The position numbers and the translations under genes are program-made. Below are positions 1 through 10,446 of a stretch of DNA of 64,000 nucleotides, one piece after another (the first letter of the stretch is position 1; the number at the start of each line of letters is the position of its first letter). Source of the stretch: a virus; the IMG/VR virus record IMGVR_UViG_3300029448_000010, positions 1 through 64,000 of that record; one strand, written 5' to 3'. The notes below the pieces were generated by a model, which made no database searches, was not told the origin of the DNA, and saw only the letters and a program-made list of their open reading frames with translations.

Positions 1-1
1 T

Positions 2-1540
2 GACTACTATCCTAAAGACATTTGCTATGTAATATCTCATGAAATTGATACTACTAATACTAGTAAAAGACATATTATTAGAACAGATAAGGCATTAGCG
101 GTGGGGTGGTATAGAATAATGCAACCGAATCACACATGTTTTTATGATTTTAGCCCACAGGAAATAAGAATAAACGAACTTTCTTCTTCTTATACTAAAG
201 TATCGGGAGAAAATAAATGCTATACAGACATAACAGACTACTTAATTAGTGGTAAAGCAGGGCCAAGAGGAAAAGTAGGAAATTATAATAATACAGGAGG
301 CCAAGAAGCGGCATTGTCTATGTATGTTGTTATTGATGTTGACGGGCAATCTGGAGAAAATTATGTAGTGCTAAGAGAACCGGATTCAATGGCTAATCTA
401 TTGGGTATTTCTCAAGAATATGACATATGTATTTCTGATGGAGATAATGTTCATAAATCTTCTTTGGTCTATAAAGACAGGGGAGATACAGAAATAGGCC
501 ATTCTTTACAATTTTCTGATATGCAAGAAAAATTAGGTGTTGTTTCTATATCAGAAACATTTAATTTAACAATAGCAGATAAAATCAATAACGATGCTAA
601 AAGATGTATGGTAGGCACTACTGCAATAATCGGTGAAGAGGCGGATAATGCAATAAATGATTTACTTTTAGAACATGGCATATCTAATACTATGGATTCT
701 TCGGAGTATTCTTATATGCTGGCTCCTAATTTTCAAGGAATTGATTTATTTGAGGCCATTTACTATCTATTAAATAGAAAGGATAAGATTGCCTATTTTG
801 AAGATGAAACATATAAGATACTAAAAGCGAAAGATGATTCATTTTTAACAGGTATTTTTATTCAAGACGCAGGTGATAGTGATATTGAATTATATGAATA
901 TGAGAAAGAAGAAAACTTATTTGATTTAAAAAATGACATTACGGTTTATGGCGGTTCTAAAAAAGCAAATAGAAAAGATTTCACAAGTATAAAAAATCAT
1001 GGCATGAAATCTTTAGAAGTCCATGAATATAACTTAACCGGCCAAGAAGAACTTGATAAAAGGGCTGCTGAATTATTAGAAGTTCATACTAAATTAAATC
1101 AAAAAATTACTATTACAGTAGGCCATAAAGGAGTTTCTCAATTAAAAGCAGGGGATATAATAGAATTAGAAATACGAAGAGAAGGCATTCCTAGAAATCA
1201 ATATATGATTTTACAGATTGAACACCTACTAACAGGTAATATGAAATTGCAATTAGGTAGGTATAGTAAGCAATTACAAGACCGTTTTTCAGAAATAGCC
1301 ATAGACATTAAGCAAATAAAAACTAATACAAGAAAAAACAGTTATTCAGAGGCTTTTACCGGACTAGTTAATATTGATACTTTTAAAATTAAACCAATTA
1401 GACTAGTAATTAGAGAAAGAAAAAGTAGTGGAGGCGCAGTGATTGGTTTTGGGACACCCCTAAATACTAGCACTAGACCATTAGGACATGAGGATGGAAG
1501 CGGCGTTACCCACACAACATTATTGGAGGAAGATTATTGA
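2..1540 (+). CDS. Virion tail/baseplate-hub-like structural protein, 5'-truncated by the window edge
   Basis: The frame is open from position 2, upstream of the listed GTG at 101. The C-terminal part (TSIKNHGMKSLEV...LKAGDIIEL...YMILQIEH) resembles phage tail hub proteins, and the gene precedes the fibre genes. Confidence 0.6.
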   Translation, partial: DYYPKDICYVISHEIDTTNTSKRHIIRTDKALAVGWYRIMQPNHTCFYDFSPQEIRINELSSSYTKVSGENKCYTDITDYLISGKAGPRGKVGNYNNTGGQEAALSMYVVIDVDGQSGENYVVLREPDSMANLLGISQEYDICISDGDNVHKSSLVYKDRGDTEIGHSLQFSDMQEKLGVVSISETFNLTIADKINNDAKRCMVGTTAIIGEEADNAINDLLLEHGISNTMDSSEYSYMLAPNFQGIDLFEAIYYLLNRKDKIAYFEDETYKILKAKDDSFLTGIFIQDAGDSDIELYEYEKEENLFDLKNDITVYGGSKKANRKDFTSIKNHGMKSLEVHEYNLTGQEELDKRAAELLEVHTKLNQKITITVGHKGVSQLKAGDIIELEIRREGIPRNQYMILQIEHLLTGNMKLQLGRYSKQLQDRFSEIAIDIKQIKTNTRKNSYSEAFTGLVNIDTFKIKPIRLVIRERKSSGGAVIGFGTPLNTSTRPLGHEDGSGVTHTTLLEEDY

Positions 1541-1899
1541 TAACTGATAAATTAAAAACCCTTATTGCAGACCAATTAGTTACTCTAATTACAAGTAGCG
1601 GGTATGCTAAAGTAGGGCAGGGAGGCAATTCAACAAGCCCCGCTTCGACTGATTTAGATGTTGATATTGGGGCCGCTTCTGCCGCCTATAATGCTACTGC
1701 TATTAAGTCCGGTGAAAATACTGTTGAATACAGCCTTAAAATAGCAGGTTCTAATACTAACTTAAATGGTAAAATAATTAGAGAAGCAGGTTTCTTTGAT
1801 TCTTCAGGTAATATGTTATCTAGGTTTAATTTTACAGGAATAGGGCCGGTAGCAACAACAAGCGATTTAGAAATATTTTTTATATTAGAGGTGGAATAA
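1537..1899 (+). CDS. Small tail/baseplate structural protein
   Basis: IREAGFFDSSGNMLSR motif resembles tail-collar/fibre-adjacent phage proteins; ATGA overlap with the upstream gene. Confidence 0.55.
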   Translation: MITDKLKTLIADQLVTLITSSGYAKVGQGGNSTSPASTDLDVDIGAASAAYNATAIKSGENTVEYSLKIAGSNTNLNGKIIREAGFFDSSGNMLSRFNFTGIGPVATTSDLEIFFILEVE

Positions 1900-1900
1900 C

Positions 1901-4192
1901 ATGGGAACAATAAACAATCCGCATTTTTACAGCACTACATCAGGAACAACGCCGACTACTTGGATAACAGACGATATAGATTATCCCCATTCAGGATTAA
2001 TCAAAGCATTATCACAAGGCATTAGAGGAAATTATGCTATTAAAGGAAGTGCTACTGATTTTGATATTACTTTAGCCTCTTCGACATATACTACTATTGC
2101 AGTATTAACAGGAAAAGCATATAGAGATGGTAAATTAGTTACTATTACTGCCTTGAGTGCTACTAATTTAACAGGGGTTCATGCAACAGAAGATGTTTAC
2201 CAATTGTTAGTTGCTCAAGCAGATAATACAATGGTATTAAGAGGTTCTAATTCAGTTACTAATAGACTACCGGATTTAACAGATGGTGATATTCCTATTG
2301 CAGTAATTAAATTAGTTGCTGGTTCGGCTCAAGGTTCAGCAAGTACTTCTGATAGATTAGTACAATTCTTAACTACAAGTAAAGTTAGTAATGATTTAAG
2401 TATTGGATATGATAATTCGGGATATACTGAAACTGCTAACATTGTTGGTGCAAGCGGAGTAACAACTATTACTGCGGCAAGCAGTACCGATGTTAAGGTT
2501 AAATTAGCCGGTACTGCCGCAGGTGACACATTTGAAGTTATTGATAGTGCGGCAGAAGTTCAATTTAAGGTTCAAGGAGATGGAGAAGTTTCAACACAAG
2601 GAAACATTACTGTTGGCGGTAATATAATTAAAGCGTCTGATGGCGGTTCAGCAATTACTTTAGATACTAGCGACAATGTAACTATTGGTAATAATCTAAA
2701 AGTTGGAGGGAATATAATACAGGCTTCCGATGGGGGAAATACAATTACTTTAGATACTAGCGATAATGTAACTATTGGCGGTGGTTTAACCACTACAACC
2801 ACTGCTGTTGTTGGAACAGATTTAACAGTCACAGGTGGAGATATTAGTTTAGCAAATGCTCAAGATGGAACATTAAGTGTGGCTACTACGGGTTCAGGAA
2901 CAGATGGAAGAGATTTAACTATTTCAGCAGGTTCAGCACCAACAGGCTCAGCAAATCAAAATGGTGGAGATTTAATTCTTAATGCAGGTGGTGGAGATGG
3001 AACAGGAACTTCAATAATGACTTTTAATACTAAAGTTAATGGCACTGATGCGGTTGCAGAAAGAATGAGAATACATACTGATGGAAAAGTTGGTATTGGA
3101 ACAAATGCTCCAACTGCTAATTTACATATTAAAAATGCTTCAGAAACAGATAATGCCCTTAGAATAGAAACTGCTACGGGTAGCAATAATGCCGCACCGG
3201 ATATTTCTTTCTTCCGTAATGATTCAGCCATGAATGACGACCAAAACTTAGGTACTGTTAAGTTTGATGGAATAGAAACACATTCCGGTGGTTCTGATGC
3301 AGAAGTCACTTATGTTTCTATTCTTGGTTCTGCTCTTGATGCCACTTCGACACATGCTTCTAATTCACAAGCGCAAGGTGCATTAAAGTTGTATATTAAA
3401 CAATTAAATGCTTCAGGAATAGGTGCTTCTCCTAATCCATCAATTACTTTTTATGGTGGAAGTGCCGTTGAATCTAGTTCTAGTAGCAATAAACCCTTTG
3501 CGGCGGCAATAGGCTTATTTGAAGGTCAGGCAATTGCAGGTAATACCAATAGTAATGCCGATACGGGGTATATTTGGGCTAAAGCCGATGCTCATTTACA
3601 CTATACTGCGGCAAATACATCACATTCTGGAACTCCGGCTCAAGGAGAAGATTACCCCGTTTTACTTGGTGGAAAACATTCTATTTGGATTCCAGCAGAA
3701 GCAATTAGTCCTAGAAGTAATGCTGGTTGTGCTGATTTAACAACTTTAGCCGCAGCAACAAACGGTAGGCCGGATATTAGACATTTAGCATTTGATAAAG
3801 ATTCAGACGAACATGGACAATTTACAATTGCTATGCCTAAAATGTGGAATGAAGGAACTATTACCGCACAATTCTATTGGACTAATGCTTCTGCAACAAG
3901 CGGTGGTGTTTCTTGGGGGCTTCAAGGTGTTTCATTATCTAATAGTGACGCTATTGATACTGCATTTGGAACTGCCGTTGTAACTGATGATGCACAAGTA
4001 GGAACGGCTAAAGATGTTCATATTAGTGCAGAAAGCAGTGCAATTACAATTGGCGGTTCACCAGCCGCAGATGATTTAACTTGCTTTCAAGTATATAGAG
4101 ATATTTCAGATTCTAACGATACTCTAAATGAAGATGCGCTTCTTTTAGGAATTAAATTGTTTTATACAATAAGCGGGCATAATGATGAGTGA
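1901..4192 (+). CDS. Tail fibre / receptor-binding protein
   Basis: 763 aa, G/T/S/A-rich. Contains the fibre motif ERMRIHTDGKVGIGTNAP and an internal 30-aa tandem repeat. Confidence 0.75.
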   Translation: MGTINNPHFYSTTSGTTPTTWITDDIDYPHSGLIKALSQGIRGNYAIKGSATDFDITLASSTYTTIAVLTGKAYRDGKLVTITALSATNLTGVHATEDVYQLLVAQADNTMVLRGSNSVTNRLPDLTDGDIPIAVIKLVAGSAQGSASTSDRLVQFLTTSKVSNDLSIGYDNSGYTETANIVGASGVTTITAASSTDVKVKLAGTAAGDTFEVIDSAAEVQFKVQGDGEVSTQGNITVGGNIIKASDGGSAITLDTSDNVTIGNNLKVGGNIIQASDGGNTITLDTSDNVTIGGGLTTTTTAVVGTDLTVTGGDISLANAQDGTLSVATTGSGTDGRDLTISAGSAPTGSANQNGGDLILNAGGGDGTGTSIMTFNTKVNGTDAVAERMRIHTDGKVGIGTNAPTANLHIKNASETDNALRIETATGSNNAAPDISFFRNDSAMNDDQNLGTVKFDGIETHSGGSDAEVTYVSILGSALDATSTHASNSQAQGALKLYIKQLNASGIGASPNPSITFYGGSAVESSSSSNKPFAAAIGLFEGQAIAGNTNSNADTGYIWAKADAHLHYTAANTSHSGTPAQGEDYPVLLGGKHSIWIPAEAISPRSNAGCADLTTLAAATNGRPDIRHLAFDKDSDEHGQFTIAMPKMWNEGTITAQFYWTNASATSGGVSWGLQGVSLSNSDAIDTAFGTAVVTDDAQVGTAKDVHISAESSAITIGGSPAADDLTCFQVYRDISDSNDTLNEDALLLGIKLFYTISGHNDE
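2607..2778 (+). repeat. 90-bp-period tandem duplication within the tail fibre gene (GGNIIxASDGGxxITLDTSDNVTIG x2)
   Basis: caattactttagatactagcga(c/t)aatgtaactattgg occurs at 2652 and 2742. Confidence 0.85.
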
Positions 4193-4644
4193 TAACTATG
4201 TTTGGAAGAACAGTTTCAGGTTTTGGTTCAAAAGCGAAAAGAGGAACACCTTTAGCAGTTTCAATTATTACAGACGGTTCTGCGCCTTTAACTGAATTAA
4301 TAGAACACCGTGCAACTGCCGGTAGTGGGTCTTTTGTTACGGGTACTGGGGTTCCAACATTTGATATTTCAGTAGTTGCTACGGGCGGCAGTGGAAGTTA
4401 TACTTTTGCTTGGACTAATAGTGAAGTAGGTGGTTCAGATACATTTAATGTTTATAGTGTTAATTCGACTGGAACAACAAATGCGGCACAATACAATACA
4501 TTGGCTCTTAACGGCACAATGCCAGCAAATAATACTGACCCGCCTCATGATGTGCTGTATGAATTAAGTTGTAGGGTTACTGACGGTGCAGGTGGAGATA
4601 TTACAGTATCAAGAAATTTGGCTTTTATTGCAATAGGACTATAA
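4189..4644 (+). CDS. Ig-like/beta-rich virion protein
   Basis: ATGGSGSYTFAW...CRVTDG pattern typical of Ig-like fibre accessory domains. Confidence 0.5.
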   Translation: MITMFGRTVSGFGSKAKRGTPLAVSIITDGSAPLTELIEHRATAGSGSFVTGTGVPTFDISVVATGGSGSYTFAWTNSEVGGSDTFNVYSVNSTGTTNAAQYNTLALNGTMPANNTDPPHDVLYELSCRVTDGAGGDITVSRNLAFIAIGL

Positions 4645-4683
4645 ATACTCCAATTTAGAGTATATTTTTTATTAGAAAAAGTC

Positions 4684-4738
4684 AAAAAAAATGGGAGAAG
4701 TAGTCCGTTAAAGACTACTTCCCCCTTTAGTTTTGTTT
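4684..4738. terminator. Hairpin at the convergence of the + and - arms (likely bidirectional terminator)
   Basis: gaagtagtc-cgttaaa-gactacttc stem flanked by an A-tract and a T-rich tract. Confidence 0.65.
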
Positions 4739-4866
4739 GACCAAATACCACCGCATTCACGGCATTCCCATAATTTGAGTCTTTCATTAGAACCTACATA
4801 GAATCCCAATAAACGCTTCGCTAGGGTAGCGTTATTACAATACTTGCAAGTCTGTTTTAAACTCAT
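4708..4866 (-). CDS. 52-aa zinc-ribbon protein, TFIIS/TFS C-ribbon-like (not in ORF track)
   Basis: Translated by hand: MSLKQTCKYCNNATLAKRLLGFYVGSNERLKLWECRECGGIWSNKTKGGSSL. CxxC-24-CxxC; ATGA overlap with the upstream gene. Confidence 0.6.
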   Translation of the reverse strand: MSLKQTCKYCNNATLAKRLLGFYVGSNERLKLWECRECGGIWSNKTKGGSSL

Positions 4867-5018
4867 TGTTTCTTGTCACCTTCTGATTCCCCAATTAATC
4901 TCTTCATATAGTCCTCAACGCTTTGGTCAGTTATATTGTTACCGCCAAATGCCGCAAAGAACAGAAGAGTAATAATTACAAGGAAAATCAAAAGCCCAAA
5001 CCATTCTGCTGTTGTCAT
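4863..5018 (-). CDS. Small single-pass membrane protein (likely start 5018, MTTAEWF)
   Basis: Hydrophobic stretch WFGLLIFLVIITLLFFAAF; GGTGA SD upstream of 5018. Confidence 0.55.
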   Translation of the reverse strand: MTTAEWFGLLIFLVIITLLFFAAFGGNNITDQSVEDYMKRLIGESEGDKKQ

Positions 5019-5620
5019 TACCAAATCACCTCTAATTCCACAAATTCTTCTTTTTCGATTGAAAACGCTTTTACTATACCATTGTCCTGTCCGTATTTCC
5101 AAAGGTCATAAACTAATTGAGTATCTTTCATACAGTATTCAACCACTTCATCATACTTTCCCATTTTCCATAGTTTAGGTGCGTCTGCACTATCCATTAG
5201 TTTAGAATCATCTAGTGAACATTTTACTAAATTCTTCAATTGCATTCTTTCACCATGTTCTTTAAGAATATATTTACTTGTGTCAATATACTTTTCTTCT
5301 CCTAAATACTTATGAATACAATAAATATCTAATGAATCTCTTAATATAGGTAAATCAAAAGCCGCTAAATTATGTCCTAGCAATACTCCGCCTTTCTGTA
5401 AGTGGTTGTCTAAATCATATTTTAATTCAGATAGTCCCTTTACTACATGCCCTGACTTTGCAAATGAATCTAATGGCTCATCCACATAAACAGTTCCGTT
5501 ATTGCCATCCCAAGTAGCAACGGTTGATACCTGAAACATGTGAGTATTACCAAAACCACCTATGTCATGAGACATATTCTTGGTTTCAATATCCAATGCC
5601 AATACGGACATTGTAATCAC
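5018..5620 (-). CDS. DEDD-family 3'-5' exonuclease (RNase H-like, YprB-type)
   Basis: LDIET, GHNLAAFD, EYCMKD motifs. Confidence 0.8.
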   Translation of the reverse strand: MITMSVLALDIETKNMSHDIGGFGNTHMFQVSTVATWDGNNGTVYVDEPLDSFAKSGHVVKGLSELKYDLDNHLQKGGVLLGHNLAAFDLPILRDSLDIYCIHKYLGEEKYIDTSKYILKEHGERMQLKNLVKCSLDDSKLMDSADAPKLWKMGKYDEVVEYCMKDTQLVYDLWKYGQDNGIVKAFSIEKEEFVELEVIW

Positions 5621-5844
5621 TCAGTACCATTAGACCATAGTTTAGAGATTTTTTGTGCATTTTCGTCAACATCTTCTTCGTTGCTTCCAATCTTTCTTTT
5701 TAAGAAAGCGACAATGTTTGCTCCAGCAATACTTAGCATAGAACAGCATTCCCATCCTTCATCTCCATAAGTGTCTAAAGTTTCTATAATCACTTTTGGC
5801 CCTTTCGTTACATCAAAAACTACATATTGGTTTTCCCATTTCAT
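5617..5844 (-). CDS. DUF4177-like small protein
   Basis: KWE..Y...LDTYGDEGWE...FLKR pattern. Confidence 0.55.
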   Translation of the reverse strand: MKWENQYVVFDVTKGPKVIIETLDTYGDEGWECCSMLSIAGANIVAFLKRKIGSNEEDVDENAQKISKLWSNGTE

Positions 5845-7373
5845 TTCTTTTCCTCCTTTAATTTAATAAATACTGAACGACCCTGTTTATCTGCTTCAAA
5901 TAAATGAGCGTTTTCATTCCATAATTCATACATTCTTGATTTACCAAGACTAGTTACCTTCTTAACTTCATCTAAGAATTTCTTTTTATTAACAAAACCC
6001 TCTTCATCTTTTTTCATTTCTGTGAATACTTTGATAAATTGGGGTTGCTTACCTTTGTCAGCGAGTTGCCTTGCCTTCACCTTGAGGCTTCGTTCTAGCC
6101 AGTCCACCAATGTCATATAACACTGTCGGACAATAGTAGTGGCTTGTCGGACATTGTAGCCCGTAACTATGAACCGTTCTTCTTTATTGGTGATAGAGGG
6201 GCTTTGGGCCACACTACAAAGAACAGACATTTTAATAAGAATTTTAAGCAAACGGGTAGTAAAATTAGATGCAATCTTTCTAACTTCAGGCCTAGTCGAT
6301 TGAATGTAGTCTTCCATACCTTCGTACTCAAACTCTAATACTTCGTTAAAATCAGGAGAAAAGGTCATGACTCTAAGACCATCTTTATCGACTTCTTCCC
6401 ATCTTTCCTTTACTGTTGAATAAATCTTAAATAATCTTTTAGCATGTTTATCTATTGGTAGGTTGCTTTCCATTACTTTACCAGCATAATATATTTGTTT
6501 TCTTCTCATTTTATCTTGGATAAAAGGCGGAACATCCCATATGAACACTAGCATTCTTTGTAATACACCCTTTTCTGTTATTACAGATTCTAGTTTATTA
6601 GGCGGATAGGTCATCGCTAACACTGAACGCTCATTAAAACAGAACATAGTATCGCCGTCTTTTAACTTTTTAGATACAATCCAAGACTCACCGTGTAAAG
6701 TATTCATGAAAGTATTCAACATAACGATAGCATCTTGCTTATGTTGGGTTTGATGAAAAATACCTGAATATTCAAATTCATCCCAATGGGCTAAACCGCT
6801 ACCTTCTAATTCACCAGCAATTCTTTTCTGCCTAAATTGACCTTTATCTTCTCCTTCTGAAATCATTTCCTCTGTATAATGCCCTGTTAATGCGGCATCA
6901 GTGTAAAGAGTGGTTGAAAAAGTATTGAAGTGTTTGGGTTTCTTTGGCCCAAATTCACCGTCATAAACTGGGGGAATCAATTCTGCTAATGGATGGCTGT
7001 TAGTATCATTTATCATTTTAAATACTCTTTTAGATACAGGGCCGACAAAGTTATACAATGTCGATTTTCCAGTACCGGAAGTTTGAATCTGTAAAAAATG
7101 TATTCTTGAATCTTCAACACTGAATCCATTTGGTACTTTAATAAAGTCTTTACATATTTGACCTAGTATTACAAAGAATGATGCCGCCGCAGGTATGTCA
7201 TTGTAATGCGCTACATTACAAGCATCTTCTTGAAATGCTTTTACTGCCGCAGGTAATACTCCTGAAAATGATTTCATATTTTCTTCGTATTCTTGTAAAT
7301 ACGCTATTTCATCTTCATCAGCATACATAGCGTTTGTATGTATTCTCTCTTCTTCTAATTCATCTTCATTCAT
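5841..7373 (-). CDS. mcm: MCM-like replicative helicase (AAA+ core plus C-terminal wHTH, no obvious N-terminal OB/Zn domain)
   Basis: Walker A SGTGKS, Walker B AHWDEFE, arginine finger LQRM, sensor-2-like TTRLLKILIKMS. Confidence 0.65.
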   Translation of the reverse strand: MNEDELEEERIHTNAMYADEDEIAYLQEYEENMKSFSGVLPAAVKAFQEDACNVAHYNDIPAAASFFVILGQICKDFIKVPNGFSVEDSRIHFLQIQTSGTGKSTLYNFVGPVSKRVFKMINDTNSHPLAELIPPVYDGEFGPKKPKHFNTFSTTLYTDAALTGHYTEEMISEGEDKGQFRQKRIAGELEGSGLAHWDEFEYSGIFHQTQHKQDAIVMLNTFMNTLHGESWIVSKKLKDGDTMFCFNERSVLAMTYPPNKLESVITEKGVLQRMLVFIWDVPPFIQDKMRRKQIYYAGKVMESNLPIDKHAKRLFKIYSTVKERWEEVDKDGLRVMTFSPDFNEVLEFEYEGMEDYIQSTRPEVRKIASNFTTRLLKILIKMSVLCSVAQSPSITNKEERFIVTGYNVRQATTIVRQCYMTLVDWLERSLKVKARQLADKGKQPQFIKVFTEMKKDEEGFVNKKKFLDEVKKVTSLGKSRMYELWNENAHLFEADKQGRSVFIKLKEEKK

Positions 7374-8074
7374 ATTTTCACCTTCTTTTCACTGTTTAAT
7401 GTGTCTAATATTCTTTGTGCGGTTTTTTCACCGATACCATCCATGTGACACAATTCATGGACTGTTTGTTCGCCTATTTCCATAATACTTCCGTATTCTT
7501 TAATAAAGGCTTTAGCCTTCTTTAAGGAGACACCTTTGATACTAGTCAATACATCTAACCTTAAATCATCAGTTGTTATTCTTTTAAATATCTCTGGCCT
7601 AATTACATCTCTTTCAATAGGCTTCATTTTACATATGGCACTTATAATTAAGGCCGCTTCTTCTTCTGTTGGAACCCAAAAAGCCTTAACATCAGTATCT
7701 AAAGTAATTCTCCCAATACCGCCTAGAAACTTATTGTTTAACATTATACTTCTTGCAGGTTCTTGAATGTTAGATTTACCATGTCTTTTAACATTATAAA
7801 TCGCTTCTTCTAAAGTACCATAGATAATTACTATGTTAGTTTTATAGTGTCTATCCATGTTATCTATTTGAGTCCATATTCTTTTGCTCATAACTGAACC
7901 TAGAAAATCAGTTGTTGACTTTGCTTCAAAGCATACATCATCAAAAACATAATCTCCAATCTCAAGCCATTTCTTTTCAGTCTTAATACCTAAGCCTTTA
8001 CATTTAGCCTGTACTAATTTAACTAATTTAGAACCATCTTTTTCTCTGCTATCTATTACTAACATATTACTCAC
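7370..8074 (-). CDS. ERCC4/XPF-family structure-specific nuclease with HhH domains
   Basis: IDSRE, LEIGDYV, EAKSTTDF motifs; two HhH motifs (IKGVS, MDGIGEKTA). Confidence 0.9.
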   Translation of the reverse strand: MSNMLVIDSREKDGSKLVKLVQAKCKGLGIKTEKKWLEIGDYVFDDVCFEAKSTTDFLGSVMSKRIWTQIDNMDRHYKTNIVIIYGTLEEAIYNVKRHGKSNIQEPARSIMLNNKFLGGIGRITLDTDVKAFWVPTEEEAALIISAICKMKPIERDVIRPEIFKRITTDDLRLDVLTSIKGVSLKKAKAFIKEYGSIMEIGEQTVHELCHMDGIGEKTAQRILDTLNSEKKVKI

Positions 8075-9122
8075 CTAAATAATCTGGATAACGCCAGCAC
8101 TTACCAACACAGTAACCTTCACTAATTAACTTATTACAGAATGGAGTTTTATAATTACCAAATACTGTAAACTTAGCATGTTTTCTAGTTGTTTGTTCAT
8201 CCCAATCTAACCATACTTCATCATTAGATTCAACCAATTGTTTTATTTCTTTTACAATTAAGTCTAATACTTCTTGTTTTTCCTTCAATGAATTTAATGG
8301 TCGCCTACCTGTTAACAAATCTCTATACCAAGAAACTAAGTATGCTCTAGCAATATGCGATGGATTCTCCGTCATTATAGCATTGTGTAAACAAGGCAAT
8401 ATTGGGAGTTTTCCTGTATATTCTGGGACAGAAATTTCACCTTCAACGGCTTCGATAGGGGGTACATCAGGAAAAGTTACCTCCATTTCTCCACTGATTT
8501 TGAAGGGTATATGGCGTGGTTTGGTTGCTAATTCTAATATCGTTTCGATGCTCATATGTAAATCGGTATGCTTCAATGGTATGCAGTATAGCGGATTACC
8601 AAAATAATTAGATGACATGTTTACTGTATTGGGTACTCTTCTCAATCTAGTGGACTGACCTACTCTATCATCAAGAGTTGTTTTACCAGACACTTTTGCT
8701 TTGAGATGGGATTTTATTTCTCTAAAGAAGGTTTGAATACTTCTGATATTATCAGCAGGTTTACCAAATAAAAATAAATGGAAACCCCTGCCTGAAAAGA
8801 AACAAGTATATTTCCAATTCTTTTCTAATACCATATTCATTACCACTTTCAAATCCCTCCATGCGTATTCTAAATCATTATCATGCCCGTCAAAATCTAA
8901 AAATATCCTATCTAGAATTACTGATGAATCCACCTTCGCAGTTTCAGAAAAATGTTCAAAGTCATAAACCGTCGTATAAACATTTGTCCTATTATTTTGA
9001 GCGTTAACAAACTCAGCATATTCATTCCTCGATAAGACGACTTTTCGTTTCATTTGCGGTGCGTTCTTTATGTGGCTCCCCGCCCATACTTCCCTCGGAT
9101 ATTTCATTATTATTACCTCCAA
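8067..9122 (-). CDS. Archaeo-eukaryotic primase, PriS catalytic domain fused to PriL-like Cys-rich domain
   Basis: FLDFD, FSGRGFHL, RLRRVPNT motifs; C-terminal LPCL...PFC...GYC..KC. Confidence 0.85.
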   Translation of the reverse strand: MEVIIMKYPREVWAGSHIKNAPQMKRKVVLSRNEYAEFVNAQNNRTNVYTTVYDFEHFSETAKVDSSVILDRIFLDFDGHDNDLEYAWRDLKVVMNMVLEKNWKYTCFFSGRGFHLFLFGKPADNIRSIQTFFREIKSHLKAKVSGKTTLDDRVGQSTRLRRVPNTVNMSSNYFGNPLYCIPLKHTDLHMSIETILELATKPRHIPFKISGEMEVTFPDVPPIEAVEGEISVPEYTGKLPILPCLHNAIMTENPSHIARAYLVSWYRDLLTGRRPLNSLKEKQEVLDLIVKEIKQLVESNDEVWLDWDEQTTRKHAKFTVFGNYKTPFCNKLISEGYCVGKCWRYPDYLGE

Positions 9123-9396
9123 AATTTACTGTTGCTGTATTTAGCATATTGCTTATTACACCGGCAATTTCGCCGGATAGTTTTGTATTTATTGCTTCTC
9201 TCATTATATCTTCAAAGGTATGTCCAACATAACTTTCATTAATCCTTACATCTCTAACTAATTCAAATCTTTCGCTTAGTTTAGATTCAGAATAAATCTC
9301 ATTACAGAGTAATTTAATAGTTTGTTTTAGATTAGATATTTCTGTAAAAGTCCAATCTCTAGCCAATACCTTTTGTTTAATCATATCGTCATTCAT
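9022..9396 (-). CDS. Hypothetical protein
   Basis: ORF in the co-directional operon; likely start MNDDMIK. Confidence 0.5.
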   Translation of the reverse strand: MNDDMIKQKVLARDWTFTEISNLKQTIKLLCNEIYSESKLSERFELVRDVRINESYVGHTFEDIMREAINTKLSGEIAGVISNMLNTATVNFGGNNNEISEGSMGGEPHKERTANETKSRLIEE

Positions 9397-9525
9397 AGAT
9401 GATTCCCCCTCATTCTTTCCGGTATAACTTTTAACCAATTACAAGCATCACAAGCATATCCGCCTTGACTTAGATAATGACCGTAGCCTTCTATTTCTTC
9501 TTTACATAATTTACATTTCATTTAA

Positions 9526-10446
9526 TCACACCCATGTATCTTCTTGTGCCGCATCGCATATTCCAAAGAAGGAACAGAATGAGCAAGTTTTGTAAAAGAA
9601 TTTTGCAGGAAATTGACTATTCTCATAAGACCAAATTAAATGGGCTATATGATTCATTACAGAAGTCATCGTTCTTTTTGCAACTTTTTGAGAAAAGGCA
9701 TAATTAGAAACAGGATAGTACCAACCCCAATGAGTTACTTTCTTTTCGGGGTCTAATCCATTCTTAATTAATACTTCATCAGGAGAGTTTTCAATCAACA
9801 GTTGATAAAACGCCATTTCTTTACGCATCATAGTTTTCTTGTAGTCTTTCCACGGCCCTGTTTTATATTCAAAAGGAAGATAGCCGCCATCCACTTCAAA
9901 GATACGGTCAATAATTCCTTGTATGTGTATTACATAATCTCTTCTTAGAGGATATTTAGGGTTAGTATCTTTATCAATAGTTATATTAGCATCAAATTTA
10001 CCTTCATTACAAACAGGTAAGTATTCATCTAACTTACCTTCTGCTCTTGCTTCAATAAAACGCTCGGCTTCAAATGCAGATTGTGTAATTGATATGTCTA
10101 GGTAGTCATCAATAGGATGAAGGCTTTGACAGTATTCATACACTTCATCGGCATTCATAGATTCCGCTTTTTTAATATCAAAATCATTGAAAAAGTTCTC
10201 TCTAGAAGTATGGCAAATTGTTCCTTTCAACATAGCGTCTGTTTGGTCTTGAGGCAAACGCTGAATATAAGAAAAATCGTACTTTTTCTGACACCACTGA
10301 AAAGAACCTAACGAAGATTTCGTTATTTTCAATATAGGCATACTTGGGTCTTCATAATTTTCAGGCTTCCAATCGTAAGTAAAATCTTGCATAGAAGAAA
10401 TTACTGCATTATACTTTTCATCATTATTCATATTACCACCAATCAT
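9526..10446 (-). CDS. Cas4-like PD-(D/E)xK exonuclease (viral, not CRISPR-associated)
   Basis: N-terminal Cys (FQWC), GIIDR...EYKTG, C-terminal CSFC...C Fe-S ligands. Confidence 0.85.
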   Translation of the reverse strand: MIGGNMNNDEKYNAVISSMQDFTYDWKPENYEDPSMPILKITKSSLGSFQWCQKKYDFSYIQRLPQDQTDAMLKGTICHTSRENFFNDFDIKKAESMNADEVYEYCQSLHPIDDYLDISITQSAFEAERFIEARAEGKLDEYLPVCNEGKFDANITIDKDTNPKYPLRRDYVIHIQGIIDRIFEVDGGYLPFEYKTGPWKDYKKTMMRKEMAFYQLLIENSPDEVLIKNGLDPEKKVTHWGWYYPVSNYAFSQKVAKRTMTSVMNHIAHLIWSYENSQFPAKFFYKTCSFCSFFGICDAAQEDTWV

